The notes under the pieces were generated by a model. It was not told where the DNA came from, searched no databases, and saw only the letters and a list, made by a program, of their open reading frames with translations. Both the position numbers and the translations under genes were made by a program. A stretch of 40,000 nt of DNA from an uncultured Clostridia bacterium (GTDB taxonomy: Bacteria > Bacillota > Clostridia > TANB77 > CAG-508): assembly GCA_944389425.1 (NCBI GenBank), contig CALXMH010000001.1, forward strand, positions 18,856 through 58,855, in the 5' to 3' direction. The stretch's first letter is position 1; every line of letters begins with the position of its first letter. Positions 1 through 8,120 of the stretch are shown here, piece by piece.

Positions 1-882
1 TCTTGCCATCTCCCATGTTAAATTCTTATTTTTTATAACTTTGCTTCTAAATACAACCTGAAAATCACCTAATTTCAGTGTTGTTAATTTGTACAAGTTT
101 TCTCCTTCTAACATGGCTTTTGTAATTTGAAGATGCATTCCCGCTTTAAGTAATATTTGAGGAGCTATAACGGATAAAGGAACATTTATTTTTTTCTCCA
201 CAGCTTTGTGTAGAGTTTTACTAGATCCTTGGCCAATTGATTTTATTTGTTCAATCTGCCATAAATTCCTTTTTTCCAATTCCTGTGCCTTTTTTTGTTT
301 ATACTCGATTATTGCTTCTTCGTCTTCACAGATGATAATTTCCTTAATACCGAGATTTTTTGCCCATTTGACATATTCTTCAAATTCCTCTTCTGTTTTT
401 ATATTAGCTTTTTTTAAATCAACAAGAAAAGAAATTTTTTCTTTTAGTTCATGTGGCATATTCTTATAATCTTGGTTTGTAATCGCCACTGTTTTTAAAA
501 GTTCATCATTTTCCGAATCATCAACTGAAAATCTACGAATTATTATTGATTTAAATAATTTCCAGTTTTCATTCTTCCACCAATATTTAATTGGAGCAGA
601 AGTAAACAAAGTATATTCCTTTTCAGAAATATGTTTTGTTATCAATTCTTCAATAAATTCAATTGAACTTAATGGCTCTTCTCCTTTAAATTCATAAGAA
701 TACATTTTAGAATCATATTCTTTCATTTTTTTAATCAGTGATTCTCTTGCACAGGATTCCTGCTCATTAATTGGATAGGTTATTTCTATCCGGCCGATTA
801 TTGAATATGTTCCAGACGAATTTTCATGCCTCCCTCCGTTTCTTAAAATTTGTTCTGCTGATGAATAATTCATTCTTACCAT
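1..882 (-). CDS. hypothetical protein; the 3' end runs off the window start. It is absent from the ORF track because no stop codon lies in the window.
   Basis: My own minus-strand translation. ATG at 882-880 lies 8 nt after AGGAGGA (891-897). 294 codons stay open to position 1 (MVRMNYSSAEQILRNGGRHENSSGTYSIIGRIEITYPINEQESCARESLIKKMKEYDSK...). No family recognised. Confidence 0.6.
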   Translation of the reverse strand, partial: MVRMNYSSAEQILRNGGRHENSSGTYSIIGRIEITYPINEQESCARESLIKKMKEYDSKMYSYEFKGEEPLSSIEFIEELITKHISEKEYTLFTSAPIKYWWKNENWKLFKSIIIRRFSVDDSENDELLKTVAITNQDYKNMPHELKEKISFLVDLKKANIKTEEEFEEYVKWAKNLGIKEIIICEDEEAIIEYKQKKAQELEKRNLWQIEQIKSIGQGSSKTLHKAVEKKINVPLSVIAPQILLKAGMHLQITKAMLEGENLYKLTTLKLGDFQVVFRSKVIKNKNLTWEMAR

Positions 883-988
883 ATTCTTCATCCTCCTAAT
901 AATGTATTGCCAAATATGACATAAATATATTTTACCACATTTACATAATTCTTGCAACTTTTCAAAATTTCCTATTTTTACTCAAAAT

Positions 989-1017
989 TTGACACTTTTC
1001 GTAATTTGTATTAGTAT
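989..1017 (+). promoter_or_regulatory. putative sigma-A promoter of glmS
   Basis: TTGACA (989-994), 17-nt spacer, TAGTAT (1012-1017). AGGAGG lies 7 nt before the ATG at 1058. Confidence 0.4.
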
Positions 1018-1057
1018 TATAATATATAAATCATTTTATAAATATTAGGAGGTATTT

Positions 1058-2899
1058 ATGTGTGGTATAGTTGGTTATATAGGAAATAAAAAAGCAAGCC
1101 CTATATTACTAAATGGATTATCTTATTTAGAATATCGAGGCTATGATTCTGCTGGTATTGCTGTTATTGAAGTCAATGATATTGTTGTAAAAAAAGATAA
1201 AGGTAGAGTAAAGAATTTAAGTTCATTAAATGGAATAAATGAACTTAAAAGTAGCATTGGAATTGCTCATACAAGATGGGCTACTCACGGAAAGCCTTCA
1301 ATGGAAAATTCTCATCCTCATATGGATAACAGTTCTACATTTTGTGTTGTACATAATGGTATTATTGAAAATTACAATGAGCTTAAAGAATTTTTAATAA
1401 GTAAAGGTTATAATTTTATTTCTCAAACAGATACAGAAGTTATTCCAAACTTAATTCACTATCATTATTATAACAAATGTAAATCTAGCGAAAATAGATT
1501 TTTATGTGCTGTTAAATCTGCAATAAATGATTTAGTTGGAAGTTATGCATTAGAAATAATTTCTAATTTATATCCTGATAGAATTATTGTAGTTAGAAAA
1601 GATAGCCCACTTGTTATTGGTAAATCTGAAAACGAAAATTATATTTCTTCCGACATCCCTGCTATTTTATCTTATACTAAAAATTTCTATTTATTAGATG
1701 ATAATGAATTTGCAGTAATTTATAATGATCATATTGATTTTTTTGATGAAAATTTATGTATGCATAATAAAGAAATTAAAAATATCGAATGGAGCGCATC
1801 TGCTGCTGATAAAAATGGTTTTGAAGATTATATGCTAAAAGAAATTTATGAGCAACCACAAGCCATTCGAGAAACTATTGGTACAAAATTGTCTAATGAA
1901 ACTTCTTGCTTGTTTGATGATTTGAAAATTTCTGCGGATTATTTAAAAACAATTAATAAAATTTATATTGTAGCCTGTGGAACCGCTATGCACGCCGGAT
2001 TAGTTGGAAAAACATTATTTGAAAAGCTTTGTAAAATCCAAACAGAAGTAGATATTGCATCTGAGTTTAGATATAGAAACCCAATTATTGATGATAAGAC
2101 ATTATGTATATATATAAGTCAATCTGGTGAAACAGCAGATACTATCGCTGCTTTAAAACTTGCAAAATTAAATGGAGCTAGAACTCTTGCTATTTCAAAT
2201 GTTATCGGAAGTTCTATAACAAGAGAAGCAGATTATACTATATATACACATGCAGGCCCAGAAATTGCAGTTGCCTCTACAAAAGCTTACACTTCTCAGG
2301 TTGTATTAATTGCAATTTTAGCTATATTTTTTGCAGAGCTTTTAGGTTCTTGCGATAAAAATATTATTAGTGAACTTAAATCTGATATTATAGAGTTACC
2401 TATAAAAATAGAAGAACTTTTAAATAATGTAGATAAAATTAAAGAATTTGCCAAAACCGTATACACACAAAAAGATATGTTTTTCTTAGGTAGAGGAATT
2501 GACTATTGTACTGCTATGGAAGGTTCTTTAAAACTAAAAGAAATTTCCTATATACATTCAGAAGCATATGCTTCTGGCGAATTAAAACATGGACCAATTG
2601 CACTAATTGAAAACGGTATAATTGTAATTGGTATTATTACAGATTCTAATTTAGTAGAAAAATCTATAAGCAATCTGCAAGAAGTCATTACAAGAGGAGC
2701 AAAAACATTAATCATAACAAACCAAAATATTGGAAACTTAAACTTTGATAATGTTATAAATATTCCTTCTACAAATGCTTTAATTTCACCAATACTTGCA
2801 ATTATACCTCTACAACTTCTTTCATATTATATTTCTAAAAATAAAGGATTAGATGTAGATAAACCAAGGAATCTTGCTAAATCTGTTACGGTAGAATAA
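1058..2899 (+). CDS. glmS: glutamine--fructose-6-phosphate aminotransferase (isomerising)
   Basis: 613 aa. N-terminal MCGIVGYIG with the Ntn-amidotransferase Cys2, two SIS domains, and the C-terminal ...KPRNLAKSVTVE signature. Confidence 0.97.
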   Translation: MCGIVGYIGNKKASPILLNGLSYLEYRGYDSAGIAVIEVNDIVVKKDKGRVKNLSSLNGINELKSSIGIAHTRWATHGKPSMENSHPHMDNSSTFCVVHNGIIENYNELKEFLISKGYNFISQTDTEVIPNLIHYHYYNKCKSSENRFLCAVKSAINDLVGSYALEIISNLYPDRIIVVRKDSPLVIGKSENENYISSDIPAILSYTKNFYLLDDNEFAVIYNDHIDFFDENLCMHNKEIKNIEWSASAADKNGFEDYMLKEIYEQPQAIRETIGTKLSNETSCLFDDLKISADYLKTINKIYIVACGTAMHAGLVGKTLFEKLCKIQTEVDIASEFRYRNPIIDDKTLCIYISQSGETADTIAALKLAKLNGARTLAISNVIGSSITREADYTIYTHAGPEIAVASTKAYTSQVVLIAILAIFFAELLGSCDKNIISELKSDIIELPIKIEELLNNVDKIKEFAKTVYTQKDMFFLGRGIDYCTAMEGSLKLKEISYIHSEAYASGELKHGPIALIENGIIVIGIITDSNLVEKSISNLQEVITRGAKTLIITNQNIGNLNFDNVINIPSTNALISPILAIIPLQLLSYYISKNKGLDVDKPRNLAKSVTVE

Positions 2900-2901
2900 A
2901 C

Positions 2902-2939
2902 AAAAAAGGATGAAGCATATAATTACTTCATCCTTTTTT
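2902..2939. terminator. bidirectional rho-independent terminator between convergent glmS and hsp20
   Basis: Stem GGATGAAG (2908-2915) pairs with CTTCATCC (2926-2933). An A-run lies on the left and a T-run on the right. Confidence 0.75.
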
Positions 2940-2946
2940 ATTTGTT

Positions 2947-3366
2947 TTAGTCATCTATTTGAATGTATTTTTTCTCTGCTAATTTTGCTTGTTCTTCTTT
3001 CTTTGGGATTTCAATTTTTAATGTTCCATTTTTGAAAGATGCTTTAATGTCTTCACTTTTTACATCATTTCCTACATAGAAGCTTCTTGAGCATGAACCT
3101 ACATATCTTTCTTTTCTTACAAATTTACCTTCTTCTTTTTCTTCTTTATTAGAATCAATTGAAGCATGTACTGTTAAATATCCATCTTCCACATCTATTT
3201 TAATGTTTTCTTTTTCATAGCCAGGTAAATCAATATCTATTAGGTATTTGTCCTTCTTTTCCTTAATGTCTGTTTTCATAATTTTGCTCTCACCTTCCAT
3301 AAAAAATGGATCTCTAAACATCTCATCTAACAAATCAAAATCTCTTCTTCTTGGTATCATCATCAT
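2947..3366 (-). CDS. Hsp20/alpha-crystallin family small heat-shock protein
   Basis: 139 aa. Alpha-crystallin domain (DIDLPGYEKENIKIDVEDGYLTV...FKNGTLKIEIPKK). GGAAG lies upstream of the ATG. Confidence 0.93.
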   Translation of the reverse strand: MMMIPRRRDFDLLDEMFRDPFFMEGESKIMKTDIKEKKDKYLIDIDLPGYEKENIKIDVEDGYLTVHASIDSNKEEKEEGKFVRKERYVGSCSRSFYVGNDVKSEDIKASFKNGTLKIEIPKKEEQAKLAEKKYIQIDD

Positions 3367-3461
3367 ATAAATCTACTTCCTTTCATTTTTATGTGTTGAC
3401 ACCTTTTGTGGTAAGCACATATTTAATTTTTAAAAGATATCTTTTACTTTTTACATTACTT

Positions 3462-3489
3462 ATTATATCACCATTTTTAGCACTGTCAA
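3462..3489 (-). promoter_or_regulatory. sigma-A promoter of hsp20 with an extended -10
   Basis: Read on the minus strand: TTGACA (3489-3484), 16-nt spacer, TGaTATAAT (-10 hexamer at 3467-3462). Confidence 0.6.
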
Positions 3490-3503
3490 GTGCAGAGTGC
3501 TAA
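3477..3503. promoter_or_regulatory. CIRCE operator (HrcA binding site)
   Basis: TTAGCACTG-N9-GAGTGCTAA compared with the consensus TTAGCACTC-N9-GAGTGCTAA (one mismatch). It overlaps the -35 of the hsp20 promoter. Confidence 0.8.
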
Positions 3504-3570
3504 CTTTCACAAAACTTTCACATTACAGTCATATAAGTCCTTGGTTAGCTACATTAAAAAACAAAAATGG

Positions 3571-3599
3571 TTGACTTTCTTAAAAATTCTGTGTATAAT
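3571..3599 (+). promoter_or_regulatory. orphan sigma-A promoter driving a short plus-strand transcript
   Basis: TTGACT (3571-3576), exactly 17 nt, TATAAT (3594-3599). Confidence 0.55.
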
Positions 3600-3605
3600 A
3601 ATTAT

Positions 3606-3688
3606 AGGAAATGGAGAAACCACGAAAGTGGTTACCTGAATAAATAGATAAACCATTCACTCGGTCAAAAGCAGAATGGTTTATTTTT
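3606..3688 (+). ncRNA. candidate small RNA (~80 nt), convergent with and overlapping the 3' end of the small hydrophobic ORF
   Basis: It lies between the promoter at 3571-3599 and the terminator (stem AAACCATTC 3650-3658 / GAATGGTTT 3674-3682, then ATTTTTAT). An internal 6-bp hairpin carries a GAAA tetraloop (3618-3633). The ends are approximate. Confidence 0.4.
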
Positions 3689-3689
3689 A

Positions 3690-3803
3690 TTATTTATGTA
3701 GTAACCAACAAATGATGCCTAACAAAACAATGTTTATGATAGTTACTCCTACTACTCCGAAAAAAAGTAGTTTGATAATTGCTAATAATGCTGTTTCTAC
3801 CAT
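3690..3803 (-). CDS. 37-aa hydrophobic peptide (type-I-toxin-like), not in the ORF track
   Basis: My own translation: MVETALLAIIKLLFFGVVGVTIINIVLLGIICWLLHK*. A GGGGGTGGTG Shine-Dalgarno-like run lies just upstream of the ATG (3803-3801). It shares the 3650-3682 hairpin as a terminator. Confidence 0.45.
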   Translation of the reverse strand: MVETALLAIIKLLFFGVVGVTIINIVLLGIICWLLHK

Positions 3804-3917
3804 ATAGCACCACCCCCATATATCAGTCTTACAACTAAAAGTCGTAGAGGCTTATGTAATTTACAAGATGTCAAAGGTGGCAACACACTCCGCTTATTCT
3901 CATTTCCTATGTTTATT

Positions 3918-3947
3918 AGTATAATATATCTAAATGTATTTTGTCAA
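3918..3947 (-). promoter_or_regulatory. putative promoter for the 37-aa ORF
   Basis: Minus strand: TTGACA (3947-3942), 18 nt, TATACT (3923-3918). This leaves a ~110-nt leader containing GCCACC (3881-3876), which is complementary to the SD. Confidence 0.3.
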
Positions 3948-3958
3948 GTAGTCAATAA

Positions 3959-4000
3959 GTAAAAACTTTCAAGAATATAGAAATTCTTGAAAGTTTTTAC
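3959..4000 (-). terminator. spo0A terminator hairpin
   Basis: Perfect 18-bp stem (3959-3976 / 3983-4000) with a 6-nt loop, 20 nt after the spo0A stop codon. Confidence 0.7.
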
Positions 4001-4020
4001 TTATAATATATTTTAAATTT

Positions 4021-4839
4021 CTATGCTGTTTTTAATTCTAAGCGTAATTTGTCTGCTATCATTGCAATAAATTCTGAGTTTGTTGGTTTTCCTTTTGTAG
4101 CAGATACTGTATAGCCAAATATGCTTTCTACTGCATCTGTTTGTCCTCTTCCCCATGCAACTTCTATTGCATGACGAATTGCACGCTCTACTCTTGATGG
4201 TGTTGTTCCATACTTTTCTGCTATTTCTGGATATAATTGTTTTGTTATTTGATTTATAACATCTATGTTATTTACTACCATCATTATAGCTTCTCTTAGA
4301 TATTGGTAGCCTTTTATGTGTGCTGGCACGCCAACTTCATGTATTATATTAGTTACAAGTGCCTCTAAATGGCTTTCATTTTTCTTTGCTGTTGGTTCTA
4401 TTTCTATGTATGATGGTTTAACCTCTCTTGCAATGAAACTGTTTCTTACTTGCGCATTTTGATATAATTTTAGTTCTCTTATTCTTTTAATTAATAACTC
4501 TATATCAAATGGTTTTACTACATAATATTGTGCTCCTAAGCTAATTGCTTTTTGTGTAATTTTATCTTGTCCTACTGCTGATAGCATAATACATAGTGGA
4601 GCCTTTTCCATTTTACTATTATTAATTTCTTCTAATACTCCTAATCCATCTAAATGTGGCATAATTACATCTAATAGTGCTATATCGGGATTTGTGTTCT
4701 TTATCATTTCAACTGCTTCTTTTCCGTCCCTAGCTACTCCTATTACTTCCATATCTTCTTGTTTAGATAAATACCCTGTTAAAGTATTTGTAAAGTCTAA
4801 ATTGTCATCTGCTAATAAAACTGTTACTTTGTTTTTCAA
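4021..4839 (-). CDS. spo0A: sporulation master response regulator Spo0A
   Basis: 272 aa. Receiver domain (LLADDN...DVIMPHLDG) plus the Spo0A-specific C-terminal DNA-binding domain ([19 protein letters not shown]...[17 protein letters not shown]). The start codon is an apparent TTG. Confidence 0.97.
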   Translation of the reverse strand: MKNKVTVLLADDNLDFTNTLTGYLSKQEDMEVIGVARDGKEAVEMIKNTNPDIALLDVIMPHLDGLGVLEEINNSKMEKAPLCIMLSAVGQDKITQKAISLGAQYYVVKPFDIELLIKRIRELKLYQNAQVRNSFIAREVKPSYIEIEPTAKKNESHLEALVTNIIHEVGVPAHIKGYQYLREAIMMVVNNIDVINQITKQLYPEIAEKYGTTPSRVERAIRHAIEVAWGRGQTDAVESIFGYTVSATKGKPTNSEFIAMIADKLRLELKTA

Positions 4840-4885
4840 AATGATTCCCCCTAATAAAATAAATTTGTAAAAATTTTACATTTTT

Positions 4886-4914
4886 ATTATAATATTTTTT
4901 CGACAATAACGCAA
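4886..4914 (-). promoter_or_regulatory. putative spo0A promoter with an embedded 0A box
   Basis: Minus strand: TTGCGT (4914-4909), 17 nt, TATAAT (4891-4886). TGTCGAA (the 0A-box consensus TGNCGAA) sits at 4905-4899 inside the spacer. Confidence 0.4.
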
Positions 4915-4951
4915 TAGTTTTTTGGAAAAATTTTCTATTTTTCTAATTTTT

Positions 4952-5587
4952 TCATGCATTTTTCTTTTCAATATACTTTCTCTCTAATGTTTCAGCCATT
5001 TCATACATTTCATCTTTTTTTGTTTTATTTTCTTCTACTTCTTTTTTTATTTTCTCTGTTACTTCTGCAATTAATTCAATTTTCTCTAAATATGTTACTT
5101 CAATTATATTACATAAATTTTTGTTTAGGTAATATTTTAGCTGTTTTATTTTGTTATAATCTGTTACAAATTTTATTTTATATCCAAGTTCTTTTTGAAT
5201 AATATTAGTTTTATTAATTGCTTCTGTTGCAGCTTTTGTATATGCTCTTACTAGTCCTCCTGTACCAAGTAATATTCCACCAAAATATCTTGTTACAATT
5301 ATTAATACATTTATTATTTGGTTTTCTTTTATTACATTTAAAATTGGCATTCCTGCTGTACTAGCCGGTTCTCCATCATCACTAGATTTGGTAATTACCA
5401 TTTCGTTTTCTAAAACTGAATATGCATAGCAATTGTGTTTAGCATCTGAATATTTTTTCTTTACTTTCCTTATAATTTCTTCTGCTTCTAATTTTGTTTC
5501 AACATAATATACCTGCCCTATAAACTTAGATTTCTTTTCTACAATTTCTGCTATACTGTTTTTATTAATTGTTCTTAACTCATTCAT
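4952..5587 (-). CDS. YigZ/IMPACT (UPF0029) family protein
   Basis: 211 aa. KKSKFIG...HNCYAY...DDGEPASTAG.P...VTRYFGG.LLGTGGLVRAY. Confidence 0.85.
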   Translation of the reverse strand: MNELRTINKNSIAEIVEKKSKFIGQVYYVETKLEAEEIIRKVKKKYSDAKHNCYAYSVLENEMVITKSSDDGEPASTAGMPILNVIKENQIINVLIIVTRYFGGILLGTGGLVRAYTKAATEAINKTNIIQKELGYKIKFVTDYNKIKQLKYYLNKNLCNIIEVTYLEKIELIAEVTEKIKKEVEENKTKKDEMYEMAETLERKYIEKKNA

Positions 5588-5596
5588 TATTTTCTC

Positions 5597-6838
5597 CTAA
5601 TTCATTCCTGCGGTATATCCTGTAGTATATGCTATTTGCAAGTTAAACCCTCCTGTATATCCATCTACATCTATAATTTCTCCTGCAAAATATAACCCTT
5701 TTATTATTTTAGATTCCATTGTTTTTGGATTTATTTCTTTTATATTTATTCCTCCTGCTGTTACTATTGCATATTCTATTTCTTTAAAATCTTTTATTGT
5801 TAATTTAAATTCTTTTAGCAAATTTACTAGTTTTTGTCTTTCTTCTTTTGTTATTTCATTTACTTTTTTATCTTCATCAATTTCAGATTTTTCTATTATT
5901 ACTGGAATTAGTTTTTGTGGTAATAATTGATTTAAGCTATTTTTGAACTGTTTATTTTTAAACTCTTCAAAATCTCTTCTTATCCTTAAATCTAACTTTT
6001 CTTTATTTAGCGCAGGTTTAAAATCTATTAATAATTCTATTTCTTTATTTTTTAATAGTTCTTTTATATTTTTATATCTTAATAATATGGTTGATGCGCT
6101 TAATATAATTGGTCCTGAAACTCCAAAATGTGTAAATATCATTTCTCCAAAGTCTTCATATATTATTTTTTTATTATGCCTTATAGTAATTTTTACATTT
6201 CTTAAACTTAGTCCTTGTAATTTTTGACACATTTTTTCCTCATGTATTGTAAGTGGTACTAATGAAGGTCTAATTTCTGTTACTGTATGTCCTAATTTTT
6301 TTGCCATTTTATATCCATCTCCTGTGGAACCAGTTGCTGGATAACTTCTTCCTCCTGTTGCTAAAATTACTTTGTCGGCTTTAATCTTTTCCTTTGTATT
6401 TGTAATTACTCCTGTAACTTTATTTTCATTTACCAATATGTCTGTTATTTCTGTATTATATACAATTTTTACATTTAGTTTTTTTAGTATGTTTAACAAT
6501 GCATTTAATACATCTATCGATTTGTCGCTTACTGGAAATACCCTGTTTCCTCTTTCTACTTTTGTTTTTACTCCTTCATTTTCTAGCATTTTTATTATAT
6601 CTTGATTACTAAAATTTTGAAATGCACTATATAAAAATTTGCCATTGCCTGGTATATTTTTTATAAAATCTTCTATTTCTATACTACTTGTTATATTACA
6701 TCTGCCTTTTCCTGTTATTAAAAGTTTTTTACCACATTTATCATTTTTTTCAAATATGGTTACTCTATTTCCTTCTTTTGCGGATTTTATTGCAGATAAT
6801 ATTCCAGCAGGTCCTCCTCCTATTACTATTACATTCAT
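5597..6838 (-). CDS. NAD(P)/FAD-dependent oxidoreductase, HI0933/YhiN (BaiN-like) family
   Basis: 413 aa. N-terminal VIVIGGGPAG dinucleotide fold, GKGRCN motif, C-terminal GGFNLQ.A..TG. Confidence 0.85.
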   Translation of the reverse strand: MNVIVIGGGPAGILSAIKSAKEGNRVTIFEKNDKCGKKLLITGKGRCNITSSIEIEDFIKNIPGNGKFLYSAFQNFSNQDIIKMLENEGVKTKVERGNRVFPVSDKSIDVLNALLNILKKLNVKIVYNTEITDILVNENKVTGVITNTKEKIKADKVILATGGRSYPATGSTGDGYKMAKKLGHTVTEIRPSLVPLTIHEEKMCQKLQGLSLRNVKITIRHNKKIIYEDFGEMIFTHFGVSGPIILSASTILLRYKNIKELLKNKEIELLIDFKPALNKEKLDLRIRRDFEEFKNKQFKNSLNQLLPQKLIPVIIEKSEIDEDKKVNEITKEERQKLVNLLKEFKLTIKDFKEIEYAIVTAGGINIKEINPKTMESKIIKGLYFAGEIIDVDGYTGGFNLQIAYTTGYTAGMN

Positions 6839-6857
6839 ATATTTCCCCTTCTGAAAC

Positions 6858-8102
6858 TTAAATAATATTTTGTATTGCTTTTAATACTCCTAATTTTCCA
6901 TATTCATAGGTTAATCCTCCTTGAAGATATGCTATATATGGTTCTCTAATTGGTGCATCACAGCTTAGTTCTATTGATGAGCCAGCAGTAAAAGCTCCTG
7001 CTGCCATTACTACTTGATTTGTGTATCCTGGCATATCCCATGGTTCTGGTATTGCATTTGAGTCTACTGGTGACCCCATTTGAATTCCTTGGCAAAATTT
7101 TATAAGTTTTTCAGGATTACCAAATTTTATTGTTTGTACAATATCTACTCTTTTACTATTATATTTAGGTTTTACATCATATCCTAATTTTTCTAGCATT
7201 CTACTTGCAAATATAGCTGTTTTTACACTTGATGCCACAACACTTGGTGCCATAAATAATCCTTGCAGAAATGGTTTATTTAATCCTAAACTTGGTCCCA
7301 CTTCTTTTCCTTGACCTGGAACAGTTAACCTTTCTGCTACTAATTCTACAAGTTCTTTTTTCCCTACAACATATGCTCCATTTGGAGCAAGTCCTCCTCC
7401 TAAATTTTTTATTAGAGATCCAACTACTATATCTGCCCCAACTTCTGCTGGTTCTATCTCTCCTACAAATTCGCAGTAGCAATTATCTATCATTACTATT
7501 ACATCTTTTGATACCTGTTTTATTTTTTGTATAATATCACTTACTTGTTCTATACTTATACTATCCCTTGTTGAATAACCAGTTGACCTTTGTATTTCAA
7601 TTAATTTTACATTTTTCTTTTTTAATCTATTTATTATTTTCTCTTCATCAAATTTATTGTCTATAAGGTCTATTTGTTCATAGTTTATTCCAAATGATTT
7701 AAGAGAGCTAGGATTATTTTCTATTCCTATTACTTTATCTAATGTATCATATGGTTTTCCATTTATACTAAGCATAGTATCTCCTGGACGCAAAAGTCCA
7801 AATAATGTTACTGTTAATGCATGTGTTCCAGAAATAAATTGAGATCTTACTAATGCATCTTCTGCACCTAAAACTTCTGCAAAAATTTTTTCTATTGTTT
7901 CTCTTCCAATATCTCCATAGCCATAACCTGTTGTTTGATTAAAATGTACTTCTGATACTTTATATTTTTGAAATGCCTTTAATACTTTTAAACTGTTTTT
8001 TTCGCATATCTTATTTACATTTTCTATTTCTTGTTTTATTTCATTTTGAACTTCAATTGCTAAGTTTTCTAAATATTCACTAATTCCATATTCCTTATAC
8101 AT
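6858..8102 (-). CDS. aluminium-resistance / methionine gamma-lyase-like PLP enzyme (YnbB family)
   Basis: 414 aa. The sequence resembles YnbB-type proteins throughout (GYGYGD.GRE..E..FA...GAE.ALVR.Q..SGTHA...). Confidence 0.8.
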   Translation of the reverse strand: MYKEYGISEYLENLAIEVQNEIKQEIENVNKICEKNSLKVLKAFQKYKVSEVHFNQTTGYGYGDIGRETIEKIFAEVLGAEDALVRSQFISGTHALTVTLFGLLRPGDTMLSINGKPYDTLDKVIGIENNPSSLKSFGINYEQIDLIDNKFDEEKIINRLKKKNVKLIEIQRSTGYSTRDSISIEQVSDIIQKIKQVSKDVIVMIDNCYCEFVGEIEPAEVGADIVVGSLIKNLGGGLAPNGAYVVGKKELVELVAERLTVPGQGKEVGPSLGLNKPFLQGLFMAPSVVASSVKTAIFASRMLEKLGYDVKPKYNSKRVDIVQTIKFGNPEKLIKFCQGIQMGSPVDSNAIPEPWDMPGYTNQVVMAAGAFTAGSSIELSCDAPIREPYIAYLQGGLTYEYGKLGVLKAIQNII

Positions 8103-8120
8103 TTTTAAACCTCTTATTTA

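Noticed and set aside
206-469. Plus-strand ORFs lying antisense inside long minus-strand genes. Examples: 206..469, 4954..5202, 5943..6227, 6372..6854, 7271..7534, 8296..8593, 9277..9531, 10005..10373, 10765..11275, 14584..15735, 15832..16071, 16396..16978, 17534..17749, 18784..19068, 20847..21657, 22355..23734, and all plus-strand ORFs between 24483 and 39727.
   Set aside because: Their translations are Leu/Phe/Ile/Ser-rich and low in complexity. They lack RBSs and fully overlap well-supported genes on the other strand. They are shadow ORFs typical of AT-rich DNA.
2900-2946. Possible Tn7-type insertion at attTn7 downstream of glmS.
   Set aside because: Only a 47-nt spacer with a shared terminator separates glmS from the convergent hsp20. 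There are no transposon ends or tns genes.
3611-3643. 10-codon ORF (MEKPRKWLPE*) inside the candidate sRNA.
   Set aside because: It has no convincing SD, it overlaps the GAAA-tetraloop hairpin, and it is too short to support as a coding call.
7276-7482. 68-aa minus-strand ORF in an alternative frame inside the YnbB-like gene. Similar cases are 21348..21530 and 12315..12569.
   Set aside because: The sequences are Arg/Ser/Lys-rich nonsense nested in a confident CDS, with no start signals.
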